Below are positions 1 through 13,384 of a stretch of DNA of 64,000 nucleotides, piece by piece (within the stretch, counting starts at the first letter, position 1; every line of letters starts with the position of its first letter). Location: NCBI GenBank assembly GCA_977017645.1, contig OZ360232.1:54436001-54500000 (forward strand), written 5' to 3'. The notes under the pieces were generated by a model that did no database searches, was not told the DNA's origin, and worked only from the letters and a program-made list of their open reading frames with translations. Origin of the DNA: Torpedo marmorata (Eukaryota). The translations under genes and the position numbers were made by a program.

Positions 1-1550
1 ATGCTCTCATCAACATATTGTACTGCTGTAACATGACATCCCAGCTCCTGTACTTAATGCCCTGACTGATGAACGTCAAGTTTGCCAAATGCTTTCTTCA
101 TCACCTTGTCTACCTGTGTCACCACTTACATGGAACTATGTACCCGAACTCCTCAGTCTCTCTGCCCTACAACATCTCCAGGGGACCACCATTTAATATA
201 CAAGTGAAACACCAAAGTCTGAAGACGCTGTGATGGTAGTAAAAACGCAAACATGCTGGAGGATTCAGGTCTCACAGCATCCCATAGAAGGTAAAGATAT
301 ATAACCAACATTTCAGGCCTGAGTTAGAAGCCAGCATTTCTGCAGTTAATGTACAATCCTGCTCTGGTTTAACCTCCCAAAGTCCTTGCATTGGTCAAAG
401 TTAAATCTCATCTGCCACTCCTCTTCTCCAGTTTGTCTCGATCCTGCTGTAATCTTAGAAAACCTTTTTCACTGTCCAATTTTGGTGTCATCCACAACTT
501 AACAACCATGCTAATTGCATTGTAATCCAAATCTTTAATATAGATGATAAACAACATTGGACTCAGCACCAATCCCTGTGGTACACCACTGATCAGAAGC
601 TTCCAATCTGATTAACAATCCTCTGTTATCACCCTCTTACCATCAAACAAATTGTGTATCCAAATGGCCAGCTCATTTCAGATCCCATTACTCTGACCTT
701 CTGGACTAGACAACCTCTTAAAAAGTCCTTGCTGAAGACCATGAAGACAACGCTGACTGCCCTGCCCTTTTCAAAAACCCAATCAAATCACGAGACAAAT
801 TCCCACACACAAAGCCATCATGCCTATGCTTAATCTGTCCTTGCTTTTCCAAATGCATTAAGATCCTGTTTCTTGGAATCCCCTTCTGTAACCTGCTCAT
901 TACTGATGTTAAACTCGCTAGCCTGTAGTTCCCTGGATTGTCCTTGCAGCCCTTCTTAGACACAACATTTGCCACCTTCCAGTCTCACATACCTCACCCA
1001 TACTTCACAATAATATAAATAACCCTGTCAGGGCACCCGCAATTCTTTCTTAGGTACCCACAAATTCCTAAGATACAATTGGTCCGACATCAGGGAGTTT
1101 AGTTATCTACTTTTATGCTTTTAATATCTCCAGCAGTTTCTCTTCTGTAATGTGGACACTTCCAGACATCACTACTAACTTCCCCAAGTTCCCTCGCATC
1201 CATGTATTTCTCTACGGTAAATACAGAAGAGAAATATTTGCTCCGGACATCATCAATTTCCTATGGCTCCATGTATAGACAACAACACTGATCCTTAAGG
1301 GGCCCTATCTCTCCCAAGTTTCTCTTTTGCCCTTGATATACTTGTAGAATTTCTTAAGATTCTCCATTACCTTATCTGGCAAAGCTACCTCCTGATTTCT
1401 CTCAAGTGTATTTCTACGTACTTTAGAACACTTGATCCCAGATGTCTATAACTGACATGTGCCTCTTTTTTTTTTCTTGATTAGAGAGCCTCAATATCTC
1501 ATAAGCCAGGGTTCCTACTCCTGTCAGCTTTGCCCTTTATTTTAACAGGA
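1..1550 (-). mobile_element. Degenerate CR1 LINE ORF2 (RT) fragment
   Basis: ORF 718-975 (KKGCKDNPGNYRLASLTSV) is the CR1 RT motif; stops and frameshifts; ends approximate. Confidence 0.85.
204..345 (-). mobile_element. Penelope-derived short repeat inserted in CR1
   Basis: Similar to 21233-21409; flanked by ttaatatacaa (193-203) and ttaatgtacaa (346-356), an 11-bp TSD with one mismatch. Confidence 0.7.
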
Positions 1551-2774
1551 TGGTCGAGTGTTGTGGACATGCTCAGCCATTTACTTAGAGAGGATGGTTA
1601 AAGGCATATTTAAATTGGCATAACTTTTGATAATGGCCAAATGCTGCATTAATTAAAAGCAGTAAACAAAATCCTAATAAAATTCAAAAGCAAATCTAAA
1701 TCATAGTTGTGACATATGGATGGACTATTTATCTTGCATGCCCTCTTAAACTGCAAATGAGAATGACAACACTTGTATTCCACTTTAAAAGAAAGATGAC
1801 CCACAACGATAAGGTGGAGAGGGCTGCTAATGCCTTGCCTCAAACTGAGATACGCTGCCATTACATGCCCCATACATGAGCAGTAGCAATGTGGTCCTTC
1901 CTACCAATTTAATCTTGGACTGCCCATTTATACCTTTTTGAGCACTTTCACCTGTGGAATTCCCTAACACACGACAAATCTCAGATTTATTTATTATCGT
2001 GTGCCAAAGTACAGTGAAAAAGTTTGTTTTGTGTGCTATCCAGCAAGTCTATCCAAAAAAGTAAAGAAAACTTCTTGCCTTCTCATACTGGGCGATTTCA
2101 ACAAGTTCTGTGCTTGTTTGTCCATCCTCTAGATTCTTCTATATTTCCTCAGCGCCTTCATCCCTATAAATATTCCTATCCATGGTCATAATTTCCTTTA
2201 AATTAGAGCGTCATCACCCAAGGTAGTCGGATCATATTCAAAAACAAGGCCATCTTTGACAAGTATTACATCTCTATCATGCTTCATTTTTTTGCCCACA
2301 TATTATAAACAATATGAAATGCTTATAAAATTTCAACTTGGAATAATACTGTATCTGATAAGACATCATTACAAGACATTCTCAAAAGATGGAGAAAAGG
2401 TAAAAAGAAAAAAGATGAAACAACTACATTGTCAAAAAGAGGATGACACAATAAGAATTATGCAGTGGGTGGATTCTTGCTGTCTAGAATTAAAATACAG
2501 AAAAATATTGAAGACTATAGTGATATCTGTGTACGCTTCTATGCTGTGTATCTATGGTGGTAAAATGTAGAGATAAAATAAGCATGCAGGAAAGGCAGAA
2601 GGGATTTAAAGGGAGTTCATAAAATGATGCAAATCTTCTTGACAAAAAATTAATTAAAAAAATTGAGGCTACATTTGTTCATTTTAAGATATTCATATGA
2701 GCAAGAACAGGTCATGTTAGCTTTCATACTGAACAATTTGTCATATTTAGTTAATGGCCTGACTGCATAGATAA

Positions 2775-3391
2775 CACTGGACAACAATTTTGCTTCTTGA
2801 ACACTTTTGGGTGTATTTTATGGATTTTGGGCTGCTGATCACGAAAATCACCTTAAAATTTTCTATAACGTACCATTTTGTAGATACCTGTATAACCTAT
2901 TTTTGTGATTTCCTGTCATATTTTAAGTCTACTTCAAACATACAAAACCATGAAGTGCAACATGTCATTGAAAAATCATTTTCTACATTCGCGCTTGGAC
3001 TTCTTCCCTGGTGAGCTTGGTGCAGTCAGTGACGAACATGGTGAAAGGTTTCACCAGGGCATTGTGACCATAGAAAAGCAGTATCAGGGCAACTGGAATC
3101 CATCAATGCTGCCTGCCTATTGTTGAACACTGATACGAGAGGCATCAGATGCTGAGTACAAACGAAAATCAGCGGCAAAACATTTTTAGGTCAGTTAAAC
3201 TCACGCAATGTATCAGCATCATTATGCGATTAAACATGCTAAATTCAATAAAAGTTCATTTAATGTTTCTCCAACTTCCTACGTGATACAGCAAATCCAA
3301 AATTATCTTTGTGTTCAGCTTGAAGTTGTCTATCATAATACCCTTTTTTTTTGCAGGAAGCTAACCTTTTGAAAAAAATGGTTGTCCAGTG
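2775..3391 (+). mobile_element. Chapaev3-like non-autonomous DNA transposon, copy 1
   Basis: TIR CACTGGACAAC...GTTGTCCAGTG, TAA TSD, transposase remnant MSLKNHFLHSRLDFFP...EHGERFHQ...WNPSML. Confidence 0.82.
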
Positions 3392-3774
3392 TAATTCGGT
3401 GAATGCAAGAAAATAGCACTGAGATGAAAGTCCATGTGCTTCATCCTGCTTTTATTTCTTGTGTTCATCTTTGAATGTTGAAATAACAATCACAATCTAG
3501 ATTCCTACCCAATAGAAAACATCATCTCCACATCCACCATCAAGACCCCTCAGGCAAGTTGCTTCTCACTTGTAAATTCTACTGGATGCAAGACTAGCTT
3601 GTCCAACCTTTCCTCACAAGACAACACACCCATTCTAGATACTAGTTCAAAAAAATGTAGCTGTAGTTTCCAACCCATTAATGTTTTTCCTTTACCAATA
3701 CAGCACACAACAGTTATATGGTCTCACCTAACTGCAGCATATTCTCCCTACTTTAGCATTTGATTTTACCAAGC

Positions 3775-4006
3775 CAGCCACTCTCAACCTTTTTTAGGCT
3801 ATGGCCCCCTTAGGACTCTGCTCAAAGTTTATGGACCCCCTTCCCTGTGAAGCAGTCAAGTTTTGGTTTCTTCTGAACTTCTCTCCAACCGACTTCATAA
3901 AAAACAAAAAATATTTACGTTACGCAAGTTGAAAAGAAAACAAGGCTTTTACTTAAATGTGCTTTGGACCCCGGGTGTGCTGTTGGGCCCCCGTTGAGAA
4001 TGGCTG
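3775..4006. mobile_element. hAT-like MITE
   Basis: 14-bp TIR CAGCCAYTCTCAAC...GTTGAGAATGGCTG; 8-bp flanks taccaagc/cactaagc; related copies at 5146, 30533, 42440. Confidence 0.75.
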
Positions 4007-4584
4007 CACTAAGCAACATTTAATAGTTGCTAGCTTCTCAAATTACTTGCTGTACCTCAACACTACCCATTTGCAAATCATGTAACATTAAACTCAGATC
4101 CTTCTGTATCTCATCCCTCTAATTGCGCACCATTTATTTGATAACATGCAATTAAACAAAAGCAAAATAATAACAAAACAGGCAAGAATGATAAAAGGTT
4201 TGAAATTAAACTTCCATGGTAATCATTTTTTTAAATTTTTTTAAGTCATTAAAGAATCTGTTACGTGCAATGCGAGCCCCTGCAAACTTATAACGATTTT
4301 ATAAATAAAAGGAAACTCCAGATCCATTGAATTATTTCTTTAGCCAGTATTTATCACAGGGGAAGATGACAGACTGCCAGATATTCCAACAATTACTGAA
4401 TTAGGAATTCACCAAAGGAAAATAACACAGAAGGAAGGAAATAATCCGTTTAATTAATAATTAAAGGGATTATTTCCTTTAAATAATTAAAGGAAATAGA
4501 TGAGAACACACAAGATGCCCAACAATAATCTTTCATGTTTTCCTAGTCTTAGGAAACATTCCTTTCCATTGTCACTGTAAATTC

Positions 4585-4930
4585 AAGAAAGACGAGAGTG
4601 AAGCCAAGGAATTATAGGCCAGTCGCATAATATCTGATACTATCTGATGATAGGACACCCATCCACCTGACCCACAAAACACTGAAGTTTAACTGAACAG
4701 TGAAAATTCAGCCAGTCAAAGCCAGAATCACTTTGTAAAAAGAATGTTTGGCTTTACAAGTCTCACTGAAAATTGAAGAGATGAACAAACTGATGCAAAG
4801 AGGAATGTTAACTATATAGACGACTAGAAATCATTTTTAAAATCCGTTAACATTATCAGCTGAGGTTCATGGTATTGAAGGCATATTAGGCTGGGAAACA
4901 GGTCAAACTACAAGAGGTAACAAGGATAAT
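4585..4930 (+). mobile_element. Old CR1 RT remnant
   Basis: ccaaggaattataggccagt (NYRP motif) plus downstream CR1-like segments; heavily decayed. Confidence 0.5.
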
Positions 4931-4940
4931 GGATACGTGT

Positions 4941-5140
4941 TAAACAAGAAAGTCTGCAGTGCTGTGATAGTTTACACAAAAATGCTGGAGAAACTCAGCA
5001 AATCGAGCAGTGTTCTTTATGTCGCAAAGATAAAGATACATAACCAATGTTATGTAACCTGAGCTCTTCATCAAGGTATGAACAAAGAGCAGCTTTTTGC
5101 TACATTAAGAATGCGCGTGACTTGCTCCGGAATTTTTATG
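4941..5140. mobile_element. Penelope-derived short repeat (degenerate, partly inverted)
   Basis: aaatgctggagaaactcagc...ctcttcatcaagg matches the reverse complement of the 21233-21409 element. Confidence 0.7.
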
Positions 5141-5145
5141 TAAAT

Positions 5146-5326
5146 TAGCCATTCTCAACAGGGGGCAGGGCACAGCACATTTAAGTAAAAGCCTCGTTTT
5201 CTTTTCACCTCACCTAATACAAATATTTTTTTAATGTAGTCAGAAGGTGAGAAGTACGGAAGAAACCAAAACTTGATTGCTTCACAGGGAAGGTGGCCAT
5301 AGCTGAAAAAAGGTTGAGAATGGCTG
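5146..5326. mobile_element. hAT-like MITE
   Basis: TIRs tagccattctcaac/gttgagaatggctg; flanks atgtaaat/gtgtaaac. Confidence 0.75.
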
Positions 5327-6472
5327 GTGTAAACGATAATGGATAGGTGTTCTAATTGGTAGGATGTGGCAAGTGCCCCATATGTAACCATGTCAGGATC
5401 ACAACAATTGATTATATACATTAATATGCAGATAAAGTTGCATGTCTATATTTATTTATCAACAGCAGAGCTACTTCCAAAGAAAGGCTATATCATAAAG
5501 TCTTCAAGGATGCAAAATTATGCTGTCACATTAACATACGAAGTAAACTGGAAATATGTGGCAAATGGATTTCAATGTAGGAAACTCCCAGTGTAGCCAA
5601 ATTAGTATTAACAAGGTTGGAAATAGTACCTTCCAAATGAAAAAGAGATAAAAAACAAAATTTGGCAGGTCTAGGTACATAGTTCATTAAAATACCATTG
5701 AAAAAGCTACAAAAAAAAAAAAGCCCAAAACTTAATTCTAACTTTTATATTTAGGGAACCTGTATATAAATGGCAAATGAGCCCTGGTTAGATCACACTT
5801 GGGATACAGAACAAGCTACATCTTTGGAGGGAGGCCATCACAGATCTATGAGAATATTAGCATCTAAAAAGTTAAAGTCCTGGAAGTTAAAAGGTTAAGG
5901 AACGATGTGATCAAATTTCAGAAATGGTAGTGTATTGAAGTGCAACTATTTCCATCATGTGGTTTTTGCAATCCCATGGTTTTGACCAAAGCACCTTTGT
6001 CACCTTGGTCTGCTTTATCTGATTTCTTTCCTCTAAATTGCCTCGAAATGATTCTCAACCTAAATGGGTGTTATATAAATGTAAGCAGTTATTGTTAAGA
6101 AAAAAGGTCCTGTTTAAAAACTTTTTTTTAAAACATATCCAAAGTAAGTAAATCGAAGTTCACTATTGAATAATAGTACATTGAACGACTTGAATCGGAG
6201 ACAAAATCAATTAGCCAACAAGCTTATTTCACTACATGTTTTTGCTCCACATTAATATTATAATAAGCAGTCTTGACAATGTATGTATTGTTGCTCTGTG
6301 GTATCAAATCACACCAAAGTTGGTAATAAAACAGTTTGTTCAGACTATGCCAAATTAATTCTGAGGCAACTGCAATTTAACCACTCAATTTACAGTTTAT
6401 GGTTAGCACACATACTCCTGCTTCCTGATTCATTATTTACTCAAAAAATTAAATCAAGTGAGTTTGACAAAC

Positions 6473-6648
6473 CTTGTTATAATCCATGAAATTGCTTGGC
6501 ACTGGCTGATGGAATGTGTTTGAAGGTGCCACAATTCCAGTATCGTCTCTTTCCAATGTCTGATGTTGAGAAAATGAAGATGGGTCTGATATAGATTGAT
6601 GCATTAAATGACCACCCATAACACCCTGTGACCAACCAGATACACCAT
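6473..6648 (-). CDS. ANKHD1: ANKHD1 exon, 176 nt (DGVSGWSQGVMG...ERDDTGIVAPSNTFHQP...MDYNK)
   Basis: Acceptor ctag|ATGGTG, donor AAG|gtttgt. Confidence 0.9.
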
Positions 6649-6744
6649 CTAGAAGACAAACACATCAATTTCAAGAGTTTTCATTTTTTAGTCACTGTTG
6701 CTTCAATTCCTAATGTTTATCATATAGTAATGACTAATCCTCAC

Positions 6745-6999
6745 CAGAATTATTGCTAACACCAAAGGACCAGATCCCTCCTTGTCCTACAGGTGTTGTC
6801 AGGTTGCCACCCATCATGGTGGAAAGTGGCGTCATAGAGCCAGTCTGCCTAATGCGAGCTGACCTTTCTGTTCCAATAGGCGGTGGTACCTTCCGATCCT
6901 GGTTTGCATTACTGGATTTTGGTTGGCCCAAGGAAGGAGGTGCAGAAGCAGCAGACAAGGGTGAAGAGGCTCCAGAAGAAACTGATGGAGGGGATTCAC
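6745..6999 (-). CDS. ANKHD1: ANKHD1 exon, 255 nt (CESPPSVSSG...QDRKVPPPIGTERSARIRQTG...GIWSFGVSNNS)
   Basis: Overlaps ORF 6734-6958; acceptor cag|GTGAAT, donor CTG|gtgagg. Confidence 0.9.
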
Positions 7000-7829
7000 C
7001 TGCATGGAAATTTTAACTTAAAAAGTTACACTAATAATTTGTAAAAGACCAATAACATAGTAGCTCTTTTTCCAACAACAGTGCTCTATTAGATTTTCAA
7101 CTATAAATTCTGAACCATACCCACTAAAATCTCACTCAAAACAAATGAACTTGGAGGCCAAGCTATATACCAATTACTTTTAACCAAGATCATCATTGCA
7201 AGGTTGACACTGAATCTTATTATCTATTCTAATGTTAATAACATTTCACATTTAATCAAGTAATAAGCCTGGAGATGTGAAGACGCATCCTTCAAGTGTT
7301 TTTCAGTAATTTCTACTCGTTTTGTCAACAGTCAAAATGTTGTGAAAAGATGAAACGTAGACACAAGAATTATTGTAAATGGGGAAAACTGGCACAAATC
7401 TTTTCTAGTGCTATTTTCTTAATCAAAATGTGTTTTTCATTTTGCCACCATGGTACTTTTGCAACAGAAAAACTTTGGTATTAAGCTTAAAGATTAAATT
7501 ATCTAATTTACTAAGGCTGGAGTTCAATGCTTAATATATCCATATACAATGCAGAAAAGCTTTATAAGTAGCATATTATTTATTCCAGGGGATTGAGAAA
7601 ACTCAAATAAAGGTAAATGAAGAAATTGTTTATGGCAAGGTGATATTCATGTTCAGGTAGTAAATGTTACTTTACCTACAATCCTTAAGTACAGTTATAT
7701 TAAGGAACCCCAGAAAGTACAAGGAAATCTCATGACCAGAACTCATTTTTGTATTTTACCTAAAACTTTATTTCTCAAAAGCAATAATGAGTCCCTGAAC
7801 CAACAGCTGGATTGGTGGAAGGAGTAGCT

Positions 7830-8662
7830 AATTAGAATTAATCAATGCGTAATAGCAGCGCTGCCACGGACCCGCGGGGAGCGGAGATACAGCGCTCCCG
7901 CAGGGTCCAGCCGCCCAGTTGACTGCCGTCGGTTCCGCACGGGCTTTGAATGGCCCGTTAAAGGAGCTGACGGTGGTTTTATTTAAGATCCCGCGACAGC
8001 GGGGTCTGCGCCCAAGATGGTAGCACCTTTTAACCGGCAGCAGCCACGAGGGGCTACAGATTCTGGGGAAGCGGAGGACTGGAGCAGGGCACCAGAGGAC
8101 GGGAAGATCACCCCCCGTCTGAGAAGGAGAAGCGGAGGAGACGACCCACGGGACGGTGACCACAGCGGCGGACCGGTGAGGGGCTCTGAGGCTGAAGGAC
8201 CAGTGCATGCGGTGGGCTGCTGGCGACTCGAGGCGAGGAACCCGCGGAGGTTGTGGGCTGCTGGAGACTGCTGTCAGGGGACTCACGCCGGGCTGCGGAC
8301 TGCTGGAGGCTGGCTCGAACTGGCTGGAGGAGTACCAGGTATCGGAACCGGGATGCGAGGGGGTGCCGAGGGCGACCTGACTGTGTTGGAGGTTCGGATC
8401 TGGAGCTCGGGTTGCCGATGGTTTGGACCGGACTCTGTGTGGCTGCGGAGGCTGCGGAAGCGCTGGAGGCGAATCTATGGACACTTGGTAACTCTGGGGG
8501 GACTCTCTTTTGCTTCTCTTTCTCTGACTAAGGAAAGTGAGAGGCGCTTAGGCAATTTCTGCCAGTGGCGAATCTGTCTGCCTTGCAGCAGGCAAAAAGA
8601 AATTTCATAGTAATAAGACAGTGTCATATTCCATGACAATAAATTGAAATTGAATCTTGAAT
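7830..8662 (+). mobile_element. GC-rich non-autonomous retroelement with a Rex1/Babar-type 3' tail
   Basis: CpG-rich body in an AT-rich intron; ends gacaataaattgaaattgaatcttgaat; 5'-truncated copies at 24850-25102 and 37314-37486; 5' boundary approximate. Confidence 0.75.
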
Positions 8663-9452
8663 GTTGTAGTTCAGTAACCACAATGTGTTGGAATTTGCCA
8701 TCTTTCAAACAGGAAGACATCATCAAATGTATCTCAGCAGGAAGAGTTCCTGGGAAGCACTTTGGAATATTTTACTGCATTATCAGCATTAAATAAATGT
8801 ACTGTTATTTAATATCTGACTTTCTTCATTGAGGTCAATCTTCTAATATTGATATTAGTCAACAATGAATCTTTAGAGTTCTACCTCCTCCAATTCAACA
8901 ACTGATGAAGACTGAAAAAGTATTCAAGTCATTTCAACAAGACTACCACTCATTACTTTCCTCAAAACTGGACAGGCACAAAATAAGGACATTTTAAATG
9001 TGGGCACTATTACAAGGTGTTAAACTCACCAATATTGAAAACAAGGCTTTACACATTTATATAAAGTGTCAAACGATTTATTTAGATTAAACATTTACTC
9101 AAGAAACAATGAAAGACTAAGATATAATTTACCAGTTGGCAGTTTAGTTTTCATTGTATAGATAGAGATTATAAAATTATCAAAGTCACCAAGATAAATT
9201 GTCTTGGCAGAATGTTGAAAATAAATGCCCCAAAAATCCATCTCAGGGCTCATGTACCGTTTTAGTGCTGCACCTTTTTCAGTATTTTGGTTTGCAAAGT
9301 GAGCATCACAATTCTCTAATTATATGTTGAAGACTGGGCCCTGGAGTTTTAACACGAGTATAAATAATGACCAATGGATCCTAAATTGAGGAGTATAACT
9401 TCCCATGCCCAAAAACACCACTAAAATAAAGAAAGGATCAGCTTGTACATAC

Positions 9453-9644
9453 ATGTAGCTGGAGCAGTTGTTGAACTCCAAGGGTGTGGGGAAAAATGTT
9501 GTCTGCTGAAGCTAGGAGCAGGCATTCCTACAGGGGCTGGTCCTTGGACATACACCTGACTTCCAGCCATACTTGGAGCAAAACTCGTCATTGGGGTGGA
9601 AGAGGAAGAAATGGCATTGCCTGATGGGTCCATAGCAGACATTC
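9453..9644 (-). CDS. ANKHD1: ANKHD1 exon, 192 nt (GMSAMDPSG...RQHFSPHPWSSTTAPAT)
   Basis: Inside ORF 9421-9717; acceptor gaag|GAATGT, donor CAT|gtatgt; phase 1-1. Confidence 0.88.
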
Positions 9645-11655
9645 CTTCAAAGACATTTTTAAAAAAAAAGCACATGTAATGGAATATTTGAGAAATGCAC
9701 ATCATAAAAAGTGACATCTACAACTTGCACATTTCTCTTTAATAAAGGGGTAATAGTTAGAATACGTGTTTCACTTAAATGTCTCTCTGCAAAAAAAGTC
9801 GAGAAAAATAGTCCTCATCAAAAAATTAAAAAAGATATGCACATTAAAGTCAACTAAAAAGGGACTGATTAAAAAGGGGCACATCAAACAAATTTTGCCT
9901 AGAACCATTGGGCTTCAGCAACATGGCATAAATGTCCAGCTTCTGCGATTGAGGAAAAAATGACAATTAATTGAATGAGGAAGAAGAGTTGGCTGTCCTA
10001 TGCATTGTTTGTTCTCCCATTCTATTAGATCATGGTTGATCCATCCCAACCTCCATTTATCTTCCTTTATTTTCCTGTCTTTCTTGTTGATCTGAAAAGT
10101 CTATCCATTTCACTTTTGAAAATTAACTTGTCCACTCTTAAGTAGGATCTGTCTTTCTATTGATTTTGGGGGGGGCAGGGGGCGGTGGGGGCGGTGGGAG
10201 CTGCTTCCCATTTTACTTCCTAATTTCAATTTTAATAGATCGCTTTTATATTCAGATAATTCCTCAGCATTCCAAAGTTAATAGATTGCAAACCATGTTT
10301 ATGTAACTTTCCTTTATATTTACCCTTAGAAATCTAAGGTTGTACTCTAAGGCCAAGAATCACACACAGCCCATAGGGCAAAGCTTCAAAAAGGCAATGT
10401 GATCCGTTGCTCAAGAAAATTCAGCACTCCCAACGACGACTGGAAGAATACTGCTCAACACCATTCATTCTTGTGTGCCAATGTTGAAGCAGTCATCATG
10501 AAGAACCACTAGAAATTCCAGGGTTGGTAAATCTGAAACGGACTATACTCCAGCCTTCATAAGGAAGTGGACTTGCAGCCACTGTAGGAAGGTTTGACCC
10601 TCATAAAAGAACTCTTCATCCAGACTAATGCCATGCTTATTGACAAACTGGTTGACATTGTTTTGTTTCACCTTTCAAATACTGAGATAATGGTTGGCAA
10701 TGTTAAAAGCTGGAATCATTCTGATGAATGTGTATTTATTCCATCAAAACGTTTATGAGGGGGTTAGAATTTGGTGCAGGAATGTATTTAAGAGTATTTT
10801 TAGCTTGCCTATAATTGAAAGAATCCAAGCAATGAGAGTCCCTTACAGAATTGCACATTTTGAAAGTCACTATTGCTTCTTACATCCTACTCCAGCCCTA
10901 CAATACCATCCACCTCCTTACATAAACACAAATCTACAATCATGGGCGATTACAAAAGCATTTACTACAAAAAAATGTTTCATGAGCAGCAAAGAAAATA
11001 ATTTTACATTTATCAACAAGTTACTGAACTGATGCTAAGTTTCAGTATGCACTATTACAGAGTATTTCAGCTTCCCCCAAAACTATCGCTCCACCCTCAC
11101 ACTGATAGTTAAAGTTCAAGGGAAGTGATAAATCAATAAACTTTGCAACTTAACATCCAATTTTGATATTGCTTGACAAAAGAAAAGGGACACAAGCTAC
11201 CAAAGATTGCAAGATGCAGATCATACGCCAGATTCTCATTCTGAAAATTGCTACCAGCTTTGTCGTCCTTATAATTTAAGGAATCTGTTTACATACAGGG
11301 TAGTCACAAGAATCTCACAAATTCAAAATAGCCCATTTCCAAGGGGGCACTGATGTCAAATGCAGAAAGTAGTCCTAAATAATCCTATTTTAACAAATCA
11401 AATTATTGTCAGTGTAACTCCAGGAAGAAAAAAAAAAATAAAAATAAAAATAAATAAATAAATCGCAAAGCTGAAAAGCAAATACAAGTTAGTAACGTTT
11501 CAGAAAATTGACTGGCTCAGCTTCAAAATATTTAAAATTATTGCAAATAAATTTATGAAAGTTGTTTAGATCAATATCCTCAAAAAAACCTCCAAAAAAT
11601 GGATGAACCTGTAATAAACAACATTTTGGTAATCTACATTTCCTGTTCATCTCAC

Positions 11656-13289
11656 CTGTTGGGCTTGATGTCACTCTTTGTGAAGGTGGCCTGAAACCAG
11701 GAGCCTTGGAATTATCATGAGGAAGCACTCCGTCCAATTGTCCAAGTACAGAACTGCCCATGTAGTTAGAATGTCCACTGAATGTTGGATCTTGAGTTGG
11801 CCGTGAAGGCAATGGGCAACTTCCCCACACATGATTTGCTGACATCTGGGTATTGTCAAAGAAACTGTTGAAAGGGCTGAAGAGAGCTGCAGAGCCAAAA
11901 TTTGGAGGCAGGGATTTGCTTCCTGGGTTTGCATGAATCTGAGAAACATTCAGCATGCCAAGTGCAGATGAAAGCTGCATAGAAGGTACGCCATGCTGCT
12001 TCATTGGATCTTGTGTAGAAACCATTGGAACTGGGTTTGGAACAAAAACAGACTGTGGCTCTTGCTGGACTAGGGGATAGAAAGGAGCACCAGGTTGAAT
12101 TCTGTGCGATACTTGAGGAGAAGCTGCAGCTAACTGAGGTAAAGAGTTGTTGGTCTGAACATTAGGACAAGCTGACATAGTCACAGGGCGAGTAGATGGT
12201 AGACTGCTTGGAACCACTAATCCATGATCTGGATTTGAAATATAAGGCTTCTGCAAAGTAGGTCGAATATCTGAGGAGCTACGGCTTGGAATTTGTGGCA
12301 GAATGCTGGGAAGGGATGAGGTTGGTTGTATTCCTATAGCTCCTGAATTACTGTTGCTTGAAGAGCTGCTGCAGACATTTGAAAGTGCGCATTGGCTCCC
12401 TGCTGGTTGATCTGTGGTGGTCACCTCTTCCTTTGATGTGGTAAATGATTCATTCTTAGTCAATGACATGGACTGTTGGGAAGGTTGTGCAACAAGTGGT
12501 GGAGGTGGTGGCGGAGTAGGTGGTTGCCCATTGCTCACTGATACAGTTGAACTTGTAGGCAATGAACAGGAACTGCTTGTTACAGCCGAAGTCACAGATA
12601 TGGTGTTAGCTTTATTGACCGAAGTGAAGAGCTGTTTTCTAGCCGATGGAGTTGGACTGCTTGTGACACACAGAGACTGTGTAGTGAAAATTGGAGAACT
12701 CACAGCCACAGAAGGAGAATTGATGGAAGCTGAACTACCACTATCAGCATGAACAACGTTGCCACCTTGGTTTGTGAGACGAGTCGTATTATGTTTTGGT
12801 GAACTATTGGCACTTCCAGGACTTACAGGTCTCACTGGGAATGGACCCCAAGTGTTTGGCGATGGAGAGAAGGTTCCTCCAAAATGTGCCATGGGTAACC
12901 GTGGGTGTCGAATCTGTTGGATGGTTTGAGCAGCTAGCAAAGCATGTGCTAACTGTGGATGTGAATAAGCCAAAGGAAGTGAGACTGAAAATGTAGGACG
13001 CATATTGTTTGATACAATATTTTTACCAGATTTGTTAATGGATTGTAATGATGCAGATGGTGGTGTAGCCAGAGAAGCTGCGGAAGACGACGACATCATT
13101 GAAACGGTTATTCTATTTCCTGCAGTTGTAGTACTAGCTGTACTTGTGGCAGCTGTAGACCCCATTCTTGTGTTGGTCGTGACACTTTTGATATGATTCC
13201 GAGGAATCAAATCTTCCAGTTCCTTTGCAGGATCCTGAATTAGCGCATTAATTAGCTGCACTGCATGTCTTGTTGATTCTGTGCCTCCT
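11656..13289 (-). CDS. ANKHD1: ANKHD1 large exon, 1634 nt: end of KH domain plus Ser/Pro/Thr-rich region (GGTESTRHAVQ...RVTSSPT)
   Basis: Inside ORF 11489-13309; acceptor cag|AGGAGG, donor CAG|gtgaga. Confidence 0.94.
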
Positions 13290-13384
13290 CTGTAAAGAGC
13301 AAAATACAAAGCTTCATTTTTGTAGAAAATTTGTTTAGATTCATGAATTTTTGTTGCAGCTTAATTGGGTTTTCAATATCACCT

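Noticed and set aside
1649-1880. Possible next ANKHD1 exon (MYG motif)
   Set aside because: The frame reads LMYGACNGSVSQFEARH-stop and does not match the expected G.P.SMYGG...WNP exon, which is probably left of the window
7828-8610. Overlapping 218-aa (-) and 197-aa (+) ORFs as novel genes
   Set aside because: They lie in a GC-rich repeat where stops are rare, have no domain motifs, and the sequence recurs as truncated copies
9240-9320. Possible intronic C/D snoRNA on the minus strand (tgtgatgc...ctga)
   Set aside because: The C box is imperfect, there is no convincing terminal stem, and I recognise no guide sequence
12414-13196. Plus-strand ORFs opposite the large exon (also 6753-7016, 27394-27738, 15314-15601)
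   Set aside because: Antisense shadows of ANKHD1 coding sequence
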